Assembly: GCA_041645215.1 (NCBI GenBank)
Contig: JBAZQK010000001.1
Location: 118,091-182,090 of the forward strand
Length of the DNA: 64,000 nucleotides
Direction: 5' to 3'
DNA from: Patescibacteria group bacterium
Lineage (GTDB): Bacteria > Patescibacteriota > Patescibacteriia > Veblenbacterales > UBA10138
Position 1 is the stretch's first letter. The number at the start of each line of letters is the position of its first letter. Made by a program: the position numbers and the translations under genes. Below the pieces are notes generated by a model. That model had not been told where the DNA came from. It searched no databases and saw nothing but the letters and a program-made list of their open reading frames with translations. This document shows, piece after piece, positions 18,482 through 28,400 of this stretch.

Positions 18482-19618
18482 ATGAAAAAATTGTATAAAA
18501 TTTTTAGTTTGTCTTTATTTATAATAGCGTTACTTAACGGTCTGCCGGCGCGGGCGGCGGTTGATGATAATAATACGGGGGTAGCGGCAGATAAGGTTAT
18601 TGATGGCAATTATTATACCGTTAACACCAATGTTGAAATTGCCGGAAAAGTTACGAGTGATGTTTTTGCGATTGGTCAAAGGGTTGATTTAACCGGTGAC
18701 GTTGCCGGTGATGTTTTTGTGATGGCGGGAAAGGTGCGGATCAAAGGCAAGATTGGCGGTAATGTGCGGGTCTTGGCAGGTACAGTGGAAATATCCGGTG
18801 TGGTCGCTAAGAATATTCTTGCTGCCGCCGGAACCGTGGATATTTCCGCCGACAGCAAGATTGGCGGTCATGTTACGGTGCTGGCTAATGAGTTTAAGAG
18901 CCTGGGCACAATTAGCGGCAGTTTGTTGGTTAGAGCCGTAACCATGGAAATAAATAACTACATAAACGGCCCGGTTAATTTGTGGCTGGAGAAAAATGGC
19001 AGATTAGAAGTTAAAGATCAAACTGTGATTGACAATGAATTTATTTATCACGCTTTTAAGCCGGCGTTAATTTCTACCCAGGCCCGCTTAGCCAAAGGCG
19101 TCACGCACCAAGAATTAGTCAGCCAATCGTCCAATTTTGGTCAGCGCGGTCGTAATTGGTTAATCGCTTTATTTGGGTCATTGGTGTTGGGAATGGTCTT
19201 GTTTAGTTTGACGCCTCAATTAGTAATGAAAGTTGGTCGTCAAATGTTAGTTAAACCCTGGTTGAATTTGGGTTGGGGATTGTTGTGGACAGTGGTTGTT
19301 CCGGTGCTTAGTATAATTTTGATTTTAACTTTGATTGGCATACCGTTGGCGATATTGGCAGTTTTGGTTTATGTCGGCGGAATAGTGGTGGCGCCGGTGT
19401 TGGCCGCCGCCGCGGCGGCGGATTACGCCCGGTCCAAGCCATTGCTCAAGTTTGCCAGCGGTTATTCCGAGCTGACCTTGATATTGTTAGCTTTGCTGTT
19501 TTATCATTTGTTTAGATTAGTGACATTGGTCGGCCCGTTGGCCGCCGTGGTGGTAGCTTTAATAAGTTGGGGAGCGGTAATCCGTTTGTTTAAACAGAAT
19601 GGATTAGTTAAAACATAA
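18482..19618 (+). CDS. Bactofilin-like beta-helix membrane protein
   Basis: Signal peptide, GxVxGD/N repeats, C-terminal multi-TM region. Confidence 0.75.
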   Translation: MKKLYKIFSLSLFIIALLNGLPARAAVDDNNTGVAADKVIDGNYYTVNTNVEIAGKVTSDVFAIGQRVDLTGDVAGDVFVMAGKVRIKGKIGGNVRVLAGTVEISGVVAKNILAAAGTVDISADSKIGGHVTVLANEFKSLGTISGSLLVRAVTMEINNYINGPVNLWLEKNGRLEVKDQTVIDNEFIYHAFKPALISTQARLAKGVTHQELVSQSSNFGQRGRNWLIALFGSLVLGMVLFSLTPQLVMKVGRQMLVKPWLNLGWGLLWTVVVPVLSIILILTLIGIPLAILAVLVYVGGIVVAPVLAAAAAADYARSKPLLKFASGYSELTLILLALLFYHLFRLVTLVGPLAAVVVALISWGAVIRLFKQNGLVKT

Positions 19619-19622
19619 AGAT

Positions 19623-20951
19623 ATGAATCAGAATATTTTTAAAGCTTACGACATTCGTGGTATTTACCCGACAGAATTGAATGAGGCCGCCGCGCTGGCG
19701 ACAGGTCGGGCGGTGGCCAAAATAGTTAACGGCGGCCGAGTGGTAGTGGGACGGGATATGCGCCTGTCGTCACTAAGTCTTCACCAAGCATTGATAAGAG
19801 GCTTGATTGCCGGCGGCGCCAAAGTAGAAGATATTGAACTAGCATCAATTGACGCGGTTTATTTTGCCGTAGGCAGATATGAGTATGACGCCGGTATAAT
19901 GGTGACGGCTTCGCATAACCCGCCGGAATATAATGGTTTTAAAATAGTAAAAAAAGGGGTCGAGATTGTGCGCGGTCAAGATATAAAAAAAATAATGGAT
20001 GGCGATTTGGTCGAGCCAGCTAACTCCGGCAGTCTGCGGCAAGTAAATTTGTGGTCAGAATATATTAATTATTTAAAGTCATTTGTTAATTTATCAGCCT
20101 TGCGTTCACTTAAGGTTGTAGTTGACGCCGGCAACGGAATGGCTGGTTTGGTTATACCTCGGCTGATGACCGGTTTACCGTTTGAAGTTGAACCTTTATT
20201 TTTTGAGCTGGATGGTTCGTTTCCTAATCGGCCGTCAAATCCGTTGGCCGATGGCGCAACCCGAGCAGTGACAGAAAAAATAATTCAAGTTAAAGCTAAC
20301 TTAGGAATAATATTTGACGGCGATACTGACCGTGTATTTTTTATTGATGAAACGGGCCGTTTTGTTCCGGCTGACATAACTCTAATTTTATTGGCCAAAG
20401 AGTTTTTGCGCCGTGAACCCGGTTCGGCGATTGTTTATAATTTGATTTGTTCGCGGGCCGTACCGGAGTTTATTACAAAATGGGGCGGTCGTCCAATCAG
20501 GAGCGCCGTTGGTTATGTTAATATGCGAACCAGTATGATAGCTAATCAAGCGATTTTTGGCGGTGAGCTTTCCGCCCATTATTCCTTCCGTGATACTTAT
20601 TATGCTGATTCCGGTTTTGTCGCGGTTTTATTGGTGCTGGAGCTGCTGTCGCGGCAAAACCAGCCGTTATCGGAATTAATAAAGGCCTACTCGCCATACG
20701 TTAAATCACCAGAAACTAATTTGACCGTTAAAGATCCGCCAATGATTTTAGCTGAACTTAAAAAACACTATGCTGATTCTCAAATCGATGAGTTAGACGG
20801 CGTGACGGTTAGTCACCCTAATTGGTGGTTTAATGCCAGACCATCAAATACCGAACCATTGTTGCGAGTAGTTGTAGAAGCTAATAACCAGCAACTTATG
20901 GAGGTAAAGTTGAAAGAAATAGTTGATTTTATTAAGAGTTTATCACGGTAA
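19623..20951 (+). CDS. Phosphomannomutase/phosphoglucomutase
   Basis: FKAYDIRG, TASHNP, FDGDTDR, GGELSAH, RPSNTEP. Confidence 0.95.
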   Translation: MNQNIFKAYDIRGIYPTELNEAAALATGRAVAKIVNGGRVVVGRDMRLSSLSLHQALIRGLIAGGAKVEDIELASIDAVYFAVGRYEYDAGIMVTASHNPPEYNGFKIVKKGVEIVRGQDIKKIMDGDLVEPANSGSLRQVNLWSEYINYLKSFVNLSALRSLKVVVDAGNGMAGLVIPRLMTGLPFEVEPLFFELDGSFPNRPSNPLADGATRAVTEKIIQVKANLGIIFDGDTDRVFFIDETGRFVPADITLILLAKEFLRREPGSAIVYNLICSRAVPEFITKWGGRPIRSAVGYVNMRTSMIANQAIFGGELSAHYSFRDTYYADSGFVAVLLVLELLSRQNQPLSELIKAYSPYVKSPETNLTVKDPPMILAELKKHYADSQIDELDGVTVSHPNWWFNARPSNTEPLLRVVVEANNQQLMEVKLKEIVDFIKSLSR

Positions 20952-20965
20952 AAAATTTTTATTAT

Positions 20966-21108
20966 GCCCAGTAATACAACTTGGCTAGCACTCGCCCTAA
21001 CCACCAGCTATCATAATTTTATGTTTTATCTAACATCATTTAATCATTTATTCTTGTATAACCACGCTTCGTGCGTAAGGGTGGTTTAGCCAAGTTGATA
21101 TACTGGGT
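20966..21108. mobile_element. MITE-like element, CCAGT family, diverged copy at the murI start
   Basis: GCCCAGTAATACAACTTGGCTA / TAGCCAAGTTGATATACTGGGT; AT on both flanks. Confidence 0.7.
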
Positions 21109-21888
21109 ATGATTGGTTTATTTGATTCCGGCATTGGCGGATTAACCGTCGTGCGCGAGGTAATGAAAAAGTTACCTAACCAAAGTTTGCTTTATTTTGG
21201 CGATACGGCTCGTACACCCTACGGCAATAAAAGTCCGGAGGTAATTAAGCAGTATGGTTTGGAAGCGACGCGATTTTTGGTGGAGCATGGCGCTAAAGTG
21301 ATAGTGGTGGCTTGTAATACGGTATCAGCGGTGGGTATAGAAGCTATTAAGGAGCACTATCCGGAAATAGAAGTTTTTGATGTTATAACTCCGGCGGTGC
21401 AGGCTATTAAGAATTTACCTCATGCTAAACGAATTGGCATTATGGGCACACGAGCTCTGGTTAACAGTGGCATTTATGAAAAATTATTAAACGCGCCTGG
21501 CCGCGAAGTGGTCTCTTATCCGGCGCCATTGTTAGTGCCGTTAGTAGAAGAGGGTTGGCTTAATAAACCCGAGACCAAACGGATTATTAAACATTATTTG
21601 TTACCCTTTAAACAGGCGCAAGTTGAGGTTTTGGTTTTAGCTTGTACCCATTATCCCTTAGTTAAAAAATTAATTATTGCCCGTTTAAGCAAGCGAACAA
21701 AAGTTATTGATCCAGCCCAGGAAACAGCCGCTGTGGTGGCCGCCTTAGTTAATAAACAGCCAGCCTTAGCCGTTTCCAGCGCTAAGCCGGAGCATCATTT
21801 TTTTGTGACTGACCTTACGGTTCACACCCAGGCCATAGCGCAGAAATGGTTACAACGAGAAGTTAATTTAGAAAAAGTAAATTTATAA
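21109..21888 (+). CDS. murI: Glutamate racemase
   Basis: FDSGIGG, VACNT, LACTHY. Confidence 0.96.
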   Translation: MIGLFDSGIGGLTVVREVMKKLPNQSLLYFGDTARTPYGNKSPEVIKQYGLEATRFLVEHGAKVIVVACNTVSAVGIEAIKEHYPEIEVFDVITPAVQAIKNLPHAKRIGIMGTRALVNSGIYEKLLNAPGREVVSYPAPLLVPLVEEGWLNKPETKRIIKHYLLPFKQAQVEVLVLACTHYPLVKKLIIARLSKRTKVIDPAQETAAVVAALVNKQPALAVSSAKPEHHFFVTDLTVHTQAIAQKWLQREVNLEKVNL

Positions 21889-21906
21889 ATTTTTAACAAA
21901 AAATAT

Positions 21907-22914
21907 ATGGCCAAGATTTTATTTACTGAATTAGAAGGCTGGGAAGAAGCCGATATTAAAGCGGCCCTGCCGGAACATGATTTGGTTTTAAAAACCGAGC
22001 CGCTTAAAGATGAAGATTATGCGGCTATTGGTTCGGCCGAGATAGTGGCGCCGTTTATTTATACACCCATAACAGCCGAAGTTATGGCTAAGTTACCGAA
22101 TTTGAAGTTAATAGCTACTCGTTCCACTGGCTTTGATCATATTGATGTGGCCGCTGCCAAAAGTAAGGGCATAACCGTTTGTAATGTGCCGTTCTATGGG
22201 GAAAATACTGTGGCCGAACACGCCTGGGCATTAATTTTAGCTTTATCGCGTAATATTTGTACGTCTTACGACCGCACCAAAGCCGGCAGTTTTTCTTTTG
22301 CCGGCTTGCGCGGGTTTGATTTAAAAGATAAAACGCTCGGTATAATCGGCGGCGGGCATATTGGTCAGCATGTAGCCAGAATGGCCCAAGGGTTTGCCAT
22401 GAAGGTTTTAGTGTTTGATCCTAAGCAGGATGAGTCACTGGCTACTAGTTTGGGATTTTCTTATGTATCTTTGGCTGAGCTATTAAAGAAATCTGATGTT
22501 ATAACTTTACACGCGCCTTATAATGATAAGACCCATCATTTATTAAATCGTGATAATTTACGTTTAATGAAACCGAGCGCGATTTTGGTTAATACGGCCC
22601 GGGGCGGGTTGATAGATACGCTCGCTCTAGCTGAAGCCTTAAAAGGCGGGCGGTTGGCAGGGGCGGGTTTGGATGTATTGGAGGAGGAATCGTATATCAA
22701 AGAGGAAATTCAATTGTTGTCGCCAGAATTTCACAAAACTTGTGATTACAAAACTTTGATAGCCAATCATATTTTATTGGAAATGCCTAACGTGATTATT
22801 ACCCCGCACAATGCCTTTAACAGCCAAGAGTCTATTAAGCGCATTTTGAATACCACTTTGGATAATATTAAAGCTTATTTGGCAGGTCAGCCGATAAACA
22901 CGGTTCATAATTAA
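21907..22914 (+). CDS. D-2-hydroxyacid (D-lactate-like) dehydrogenase
   Basis: RSTGFDHID, GGGHIG, NTARG, TPHNAF. Confidence 0.9.
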   Translation: MAKILFTELEGWEEADIKAALPEHDLVLKTEPLKDEDYAAIGSAEIVAPFIYTPITAEVMAKLPNLKLIATRSTGFDHIDVAAAKSKGITVCNVPFYGENTVAEHAWALILALSRNICTSYDRTKAGSFSFAGLRGFDLKDKTLGIIGGGHIGQHVARMAQGFAMKVLVFDPKQDESLATSLGFSYVSLAELLKKSDVITLHAPYNDKTHHLLNRDNLRLMKPSAILVNTARGGLIDTLALAEALKGGRLAGAGLDVLEEESYIKEEIQLLSPEFHKTCDYKTLIANHILLEMPNVIITPHNAFNSQESIKRILNTTLDNIKAYLAGQPINTVHN

Positions 22915-22931
22915 AGTCAGCTAACAATTTT

Positions 22932-23516
22932 ATGCAGGCCGTATATACGAACTTTTATTTATTTATCATGGCTGTGGTGTTGGCCTTAATGGAAATTCAA
23001 ACCGAGGGCCGACACGGCTGGGCTGGTGATTTGCCGACTTGGCGTCCCAGTAATCAGAAGTGGTACACGCGCTGCTGGCGGCGGCTAATGAATGACAAGG
23101 ATTTAACCGGTTATCACGTTGGTATTTTTAGTTTTGTTTTTTTGGTATTTCACCTGCCTTATGTTTTTGGTTTTCCCTTCACGTTGTCTCATTGGTCGCA
23201 AACTTTATCCTTATTCTTTTTGTTCGTGGTGTTGTGGGATTTTTTGTGGTTTGTGCTTAATCCTTATTATCCTTTAAGTGAGTTTAAAAAGGAACATATT
23301 TGGTGGCACAAAAAATGGTTGGCCTTGGCGCCGATGGATTATTACAGCGGCGTGCTAATATCTTTGTTTATTCAAATTATCGCCGCCGTGGTGACTTATT
23401 CTTGGCTGCCGCTTGGTTGGTGGCTGCTTAATTTGGGTTTATTTTCTTTGCTTACTTTGGTGGTGGTGTGGATTAGCCATTCGGTTCTTGATATTGATAA
23501 CTGGCAGAAGAAATAG
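22932..23516 (+). CDS. Trp-rich membrane protein, function unknown
   Basis: Multiple TM segments; co-directional with operon. Confidence 0.75.
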   Translation: MQAVYTNFYLFIMAVVLALMEIQTEGRHGWAGDLPTWRPSNQKWYTRCWRRLMNDKDLTGYHVGIFSFVFLVFHLPYVFGFPFTLSHWSQTLSLFFLFVVLWDFLWFVLNPYYPLSEFKKEHIWWHKKWLALAPMDYYSGVLISLFIQIIAAVVTYSWLPLGWWLLNLGLFSLLTLVVVWISHSVLDIDNWQKK

Positions 23517-23585
23517 TGGTTATTGGTTGTTAAAAATAAAAAGGGTCTAAATTAAGGCCCTTTTTTCTAATTATTATTTTTTGTT

Positions 23586-24269
23586 TTACATGCTCAAATC
23601 ATCATAGGCTACATCGACCACAAATTGGTTAAAATCATGTTTGAAGCCAGTAATTATGAGTATATCTTTGTTTGGTATTATGATCGCATCATTAAGTATT
23701 TCGTAGTCGTTCCCATAGTAGTCACGGATTATGCTATTTATCTTTTCAAAACCACTGGCTGATGTGCCAAGGTCTAAACAAAAAGATTCTTGATGAACCA
23801 AGAGTAACAGCATTAATCCCGATAGATGTTTGTAGCCGTTTATTGTTTCTTGGTCTTTTAAAATCATACTCATTTTAAAAGTTTCAGTGGTCTTAACGTT
23901 TAATTTTTCTGCCGCATAGTATTCAAACGTACCAATTTCTTTTTTTAATTTAACGATTTCTTCCCACAATTCAATAAGAATTGGGCCAATTTCTTGCTCT
24001 GTCATTTTAGAAATAACAGGCAGGAGGTTTCTAATTTTCATTTCAGTGGCATTATAACCCAAAACAAGTCTGCCTAATCTTCTTAAATTATTGTAGAAAC
24101 ATGATTCTACATAAGCTATGTTGTAGTCTCCTTGTAAATTGTTATGTTTACCCATTTGGCATACCAAGACAACATATAACATCTTAAGAGCAAATAACTT
24201 GACTCTTAGAATTGGCGCTTTGACTCCACCAAAATCAAAGTAATTTAAAAAATATGTTAAAGAATACAT
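23586..24269 (-). CDS. AT-rich orphan hypothetical protein
   Basis: 227-aa ORF, AAGGAGG SD, upstream TTGACA promoter. Confidence 0.7.
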   Translation of the reverse strand: MYSLTYFLNYFDFGGVKAPILRVKLFALKMLYVVLVCQMGKHNNLQGDYNIAYVESCFYNNLRRLGRLVLGYNATEMKIRNLLPVISKMTEQEIGPILIELWEEIVKLKKEIGTFEYYAAEKLNVKTTETFKMSMILKDQETINGYKHLSGLMLLLLVHQESFCLDLGTSASGFEKINSIIRDYYGNDYEILNDAIIIPNKDILIITGFKHDFNQFVVDVAYDDLSM

Positions 24270-24360
24270 TTTTCCTCCTTAAGGCTGTTTTATTTTTATT
24301 ATTTTTTAACTTTATATCATATACTATTTGGTAATTTTGTCAAGCCTTTGTATAATACCT

Positions 24361-24384
24361 AAAAACCCACTATTGTGGGTTTTT
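24361..24384 (-). terminator. trpS terminator (bidirectional shape)
   Basis: AAAAACCCAC-tatt-GTGGGTTTTT. Confidence 0.7.
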
Positions 24385-24408
24385 AGTGAAGGAAATTAAT
24401 TAGGTTGT

Positions 24409-25401
24409 TTAAGCCAAGCCCATTCGTTCTTTAACATCCTGCAGGGTTTTTTGCGCGATTAAGCGAGCTTGGTCGCGGCCCGCGCTCATAATTTTATTAA
24501 CTTCCTGCGGTTTAGCCGCCAGTTCCGCCCGTCGCTCCTGAATTGGTTGTAAAACTTTAATAATAGTTTCAGACAAAATCGGTTTAAATTCCGAATACTT
24601 TAACTCACCGGCTTTGTAAGCGTCGTCCAGTTGCTGTTTTAGTGGTTTGTCAGTGGAAAGAATTTTAAACATATCAAGCAAGTTGCGGCCGCCGGATACC
24701 TGACGGCCGTCAGCGCCGCCTTCATCAGTTACGGCTTTGGTGATTTTTTGGCGGATCGTTTCCGGTTTGTCATCTAAAGTGATGCAATGGTTGGGGCCAA
24801 GTGATTTTGACATTTTTTTATCCGGCTCCAATAAATCCATCACCCGGGGTACTGAACCCAAATAGGCTTTTGGTTCTTTAAAGTAGTCTCCGAACAAATT
24901 GTTAAATTTATGAACAATAAATCGAGTAAGTTCAATATGTTGTTCCTGGTCTTCGCCCACCGGTATTAGTTCAGCCTGATAAAGCAATATGTCAGCCGCC
25001 ATTAAAACCGGATAATTCAACAAACCGGCGTTAACGGCCGTGGCGTGTTGGCGAGATTTATCTTTATATTGCGTCATTCTTTCCAGTTCGCCAACGGGCG
25101 TGATGGTATTAAGCAACCAAGCCAGTTCAGTGTGTTCCGGAACGTGGGACTGGATAAATATGACGCTTTTTTCCGGATCAAGGCCGGTTGACAATATATC
25201 TAACACCGCGTCTTTAACCAGCTTGGGCAGGTCTTTGGCATTATAAGGCGCGGTGATGGCATGATAATCAACTACCGCGAAGAAACAACGGTTGTCATTT
25301 TGCAAATAGGCCCAGTTTTGCAGGGCGCCCAGGTAATTTCCTAAATGAATCTCACCCGATGGTTTAATGCCGGAAAATATCACTTTGCCTTTGGGAAACA
25401 T
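24409..25401 (-). CDS. trpS: Tryptophan--tRNA ligase
   Basis: HLGN, YPVLMAADIL, KMSKS. Confidence 0.97.
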   Translation of the reverse strand: MFPKGKVIFSGIKPSGEIHLGNYLGALQNWAYLQNDNRCFFAVVDYHAITAPYNAKDLPKLVKDAVLDILSTGLDPEKSVIFIQSHVPEHTELAWLLNTITPVGELERMTQYKDKSRQHATAVNAGLLNYPVLMAADILLYQAELIPVGEDQEQHIELTRFIVHKFNNLFGDYFKEPKAYLGSVPRVMDLLEPDKKMSKSLGPNHCITLDDKPETIRQKITKAVTDEGGADGRQVSGGRNLLDMFKILSTDKPLKQQLDDAYKAGELKYSEFKPILSETIIKVLQPIQERRAELAAKPQEVNKIMSAGRDQARLIAQKTLQDVKERMGLA

Positions 25402-25431
25402 AATATTTAAAATTAAAAATCAAAATTATTT

Positions 25432-27246
25432 TTAGACTTTTATTATAACAGGTATTATCATAGGCTGCCGCTCAATTTTTTGAAAGAGGAAGCGGCCGAG
25501 TTCATTGCGAATTTTATCCCGCAGCTGAATATCGTTAACGCCTTTTTGGTCATCAGCTGCTCTCATTATTTCCCTGATTTTATGGCGGGTTTCATCAAGC
25601 AGTTTTTTATTGTCTTTCATATAGACAAAGCCGCGGGAGATGATGTCGGGCGAGCCAACCAGTTTGCCAGTTTTACTGTCTATGCTTATTCCTATGACTA
25701 CCATACCATCATGCGATAAAATTTGTCGATCGCGCAAGACGACATGGGAAACGTCACCCACACCGAGTCCGTCCACGAAAACATAGTCAATTGGTATTTT
25801 TTGCGGTAAAACCCGCAATCCGTTGGCTGACAATTCGGCCACACTGCCATTATCAAGGTAACAAATGTTTTGTGGCGGGAAACCAATGGACATCGCCACC
25901 TTGCCCGCTTCTTTAAGCAAGTAGTGGTTAGCGTACACCGGAATTAGGTATTTGGGCTTGATTTGGCGGAGCAGTAGTTTAATATCTTCCATCAAAGCAT
26001 GTCCGCCGCCGTGCACACCCATAATTTCCTTATGGATAACGTCGTCACATTGGCGATATAGTGAATCTTTTAATCGTTGAATTGTGCGTTCATTGCCGGG
26101 GATAACCGAAGACGAAAAAATTACCGTATCGGTTTTTTGTAGTTTAATTTGGCGGTGTTCGCCGTTGGCAATTCGCATTAAGACCGCCCGGTCTTCACCT
26201 TGCGCGCCGGTACCTATAATGATTAGCTTATTATCGGGGTAGTCGTGCATGCGTTTTATATCTATCAGAGTGGTGGGCTTGAATTTGAGATAACCAATTT
26301 CTTTAGCTATCTCAATGTTAATTTTCATTGAGTAGCCGTCGAGTACCACTTTTTTACCTAACTCTTCGGCCATATTGATAATCCAGCCGACTCGCTCCAC
26401 CATGGTGGAGAAGGTGGCGATAATAACGCGGCCGGTGGCGCGTTCTATAATTTGTTTGGTGTTACGGTAAACTTCCAACTCGGATATTTGATAACCCTCT
26501 TTAGTTGAGCCTAGGCTTTCCATCATCAGCACTGACGGGGTGGCTTTGTTATTCCATTGGGCTAATTGCGAAAAATCGGTTTGTTGCCCGTTAACCGGAT
26601 TTAGTTCATAGCGCCAGTCACCCGGATGAATGATATTGCCAACCGCGGTTTGAATAATTACTCCCACCGCGTCCATAATACTATGAGTAACATCAAAGAA
26701 ATTTACTCTGATATTGCCAAAAGCAAATTGTTCTTTGGTGTTTTTTATTTCGTAAGCCTTTAAAAACCGGTTGAGGCGTGATTCTTCCAAACGACGTCGA
26801 ACTAAGGCTAAGGTAAGCTTGCTGGCGTAAATTGGCGGCCAACCGAGTTGGGGTAGAATATGCGGAATGGCTCCAATATGGTCAAGGTGGCCGTGGCTTA
26901 AAATAACGGCGCGGATATTTTTTTCTTTGCCTTTTAAGTACCTGATATCGGGAATTATGTAATCAATTCCCGGCATATCTTCCTCGGGAAACTGCAAACC
27001 GACATCCAGAATAACTATATCCTGGCCGTATTCAAAAACTGTCATATTGCGGCCAACTTCCTCCTGCCCGCCCAGCGGTATTATGCGCAGTTTGGGGGTG
27101 GCGGCAGTATTGGCAGGGCCTTGATTAGGTTGATTGTATTTAGGCATAATCGGCCGTGGTCCGGTACGCCTAAAAAAGCGTCGGTGCGGATTAGTCGCGC
27201 GATTTGGTTGGTTTATTTTTGGGTTTATTATTGTTTCAGTTGTCAT
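25432..27246 (-). CDS. rnj: Ribonuclease J
   Basis: PLGGQEEVGRNM, SHGHLDHIG, GAQGE, DGLGVGD. Confidence 0.96.
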   Translation of the reverse strand: MTTETIINPKINQPNRATNPHRRFFRRTGPRPIMPKYNQPNQGPANTAATPKLRIIPLGGQEEVGRNMTVFEYGQDIVILDVGLQFPEEDMPGIDYIIPDIRYLKGKEKNIRAVILSHGHLDHIGAIPHILPQLGWPPIYASKLTLALVRRRLEESRLNRFLKAYEIKNTKEQFAFGNIRVNFFDVTHSIMDAVGVIIQTAVGNIIHPGDWRYELNPVNGQQTDFSQLAQWNNKATPSVLMMESLGSTKEGYQISELEVYRNTKQIIERATGRVIIATFSTMVERVGWIINMAEELGKKVVLDGYSMKINIEIAKEIGYLKFKPTTLIDIKRMHDYPDNKLIIIGTGAQGEDRAVLMRIANGEHRQIKLQKTDTVIFSSSVIPGNERTIQRLKDSLYRQCDDVIHKEIMGVHGGGHALMEDIKLLLRQIKPKYLIPVYANHYLLKEAGKVAMSIGFPPQNICYLDNGSVAELSANGLRVLPQKIPIDYVFVDGLGVGDVSHVVLRDRQILSHDGMVVIGISIDSKTGKLVGSPDIISRGFVYMKDNKKLLDETRHKIREIMRAADDQKGVNDIQLRDKIRNELGRFLFQKIERQPMIIPVIIKV

Positions 27247-27383
27247 GAATGTTAATAAGTAAAAATGTTAATAAGTAAAATAGGGGATAATAAAATAGTG
27301 AATGAATATTAATTTGGTTTAGATTGTTAGATATGAGTTTGGTGCGCTTGGTCAGATTGAATTGAAACTCGGTTAATCAAGAA

Positions 27384-27866
27384 TTACGAATTTGGCAATC
27401 CTTGTTTCAGGCCAAGCTGCTGGTCTAAGGGCGGATGGGAAAAATAAGCTCTTACATTGAACGATGGGTCTATTAACTCAATCATCTCATATTCTTTACG
27501 CTCAATTAGTTTGAATCCTACTTTTGGTAAATACGTTTTTTTGAATATTGGATAGACAACAACTGTAAAATCGGCATTTCCTCTTTCAGGTCGGGTTGTT
27601 TCGGGCTTTCGGATTTTTAATAACCGCAGTTGTCCAGCAACTGTGTCTATTCCACCAATTTCAAAAAGTGGGCCTGTGGGTGTATCTTGAATGATTTTCC
27701 CGATTTGTCCTGCTGGTTCAAGCAAACCTTGATATTCCCTGTCGTTCTGCGAGAATATCGCCGCATAATTTACAGCTGCATCCTTCTCAGTCGTGTGTTT
27801 ATCCTTCAGTTCACGAGCTTGCTTAACGATTTCTTGGACGATTGTTTTTAGACTCTCGGTGTTCAT
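27384..27866 (-). CDS. Hypothetical protein
   Basis: 160-aa ORF with protein-like composition. Confidence 0.7.
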   Translation of the reverse strand: MNTESLKTIVQEIVKQARELKDKHTTEKDAAVNYAAIFSQNDREYQGLLEPAGQIGKIIQDTPTGPLFEIGGIDTVAGQLRLLKIRKPETTRPERGNADFTVVVYPIFKKTYLPKVGFKLIERKEYEMIELIDPSFNVRAYFSHPPLDQQLGLKQGLPNS

Positions 27867-28237
27867 TGGATTAGCATAGTTTATCGTAGATACACGTAGT
27901 TTGTTATGGATTGGTGTCGTTATAAAACGGGAGTGTTTTGATAAAAATTTAATAATATATTAATGCAAAATGTAAAAATCTTCGCCCAAGGCGGATCTGC
28001 CTCCCTCGGCCCGCTATTCGGCGGGGTGTGCGGGCGGGAAATAATAACTAATGCCCAAATATCAAAAGCTAAAATTTGATAAGAGTTGGTAATTAGTCAT
28101 TGGGGTTTAATTAGTAATTAGGTCAATTAGGAATTAGTAATTGTAACGATTCTTGATTCGCTATTCGGAGTATTACAATTTTCCATTTTGGTTTTGGTTG
28201 CCTCGCGCAACCATCCCGATTTATTGATTAATTTGGT

Positions 28238-28310
28238 GGCCTGAACCAGAGCATAGCACGGTTCAGGCCTACCATGAACCGTGTTGCTTTAGAGCAACTC
28301 TGGTTCATGG
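28238..28310. repeat. Inverted doublet of hairpins abutting the tRNA-Leu CCA
   Basis: GCCTGAACC..GGTTCAGGC and CCATGAACC..GGTTCATGG. Confidence 0.65.
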
Positions 28311-28394
28311 TGCCCGGAGAGGGACTCGAACCCTCAATCCCGTAAGGGAGTACGCACCTGAAGCGTATGCGTATACCAATTCCGCCATCCGGGC
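28308..28394 (-). tRNA. tRNA-Leu(CAG)
   Basis: Class II cloverleaf; TACGC-TT-CAG-GT-GCGTA; CCA encoded. Confidence 0.95.
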
Positions 28395-28400
28395 TAATTA

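Noticed and set aside
20986-21011. Second CIRCE element
   Set aside because: Only the left half (TAGCACTC) is present, inside a MITE
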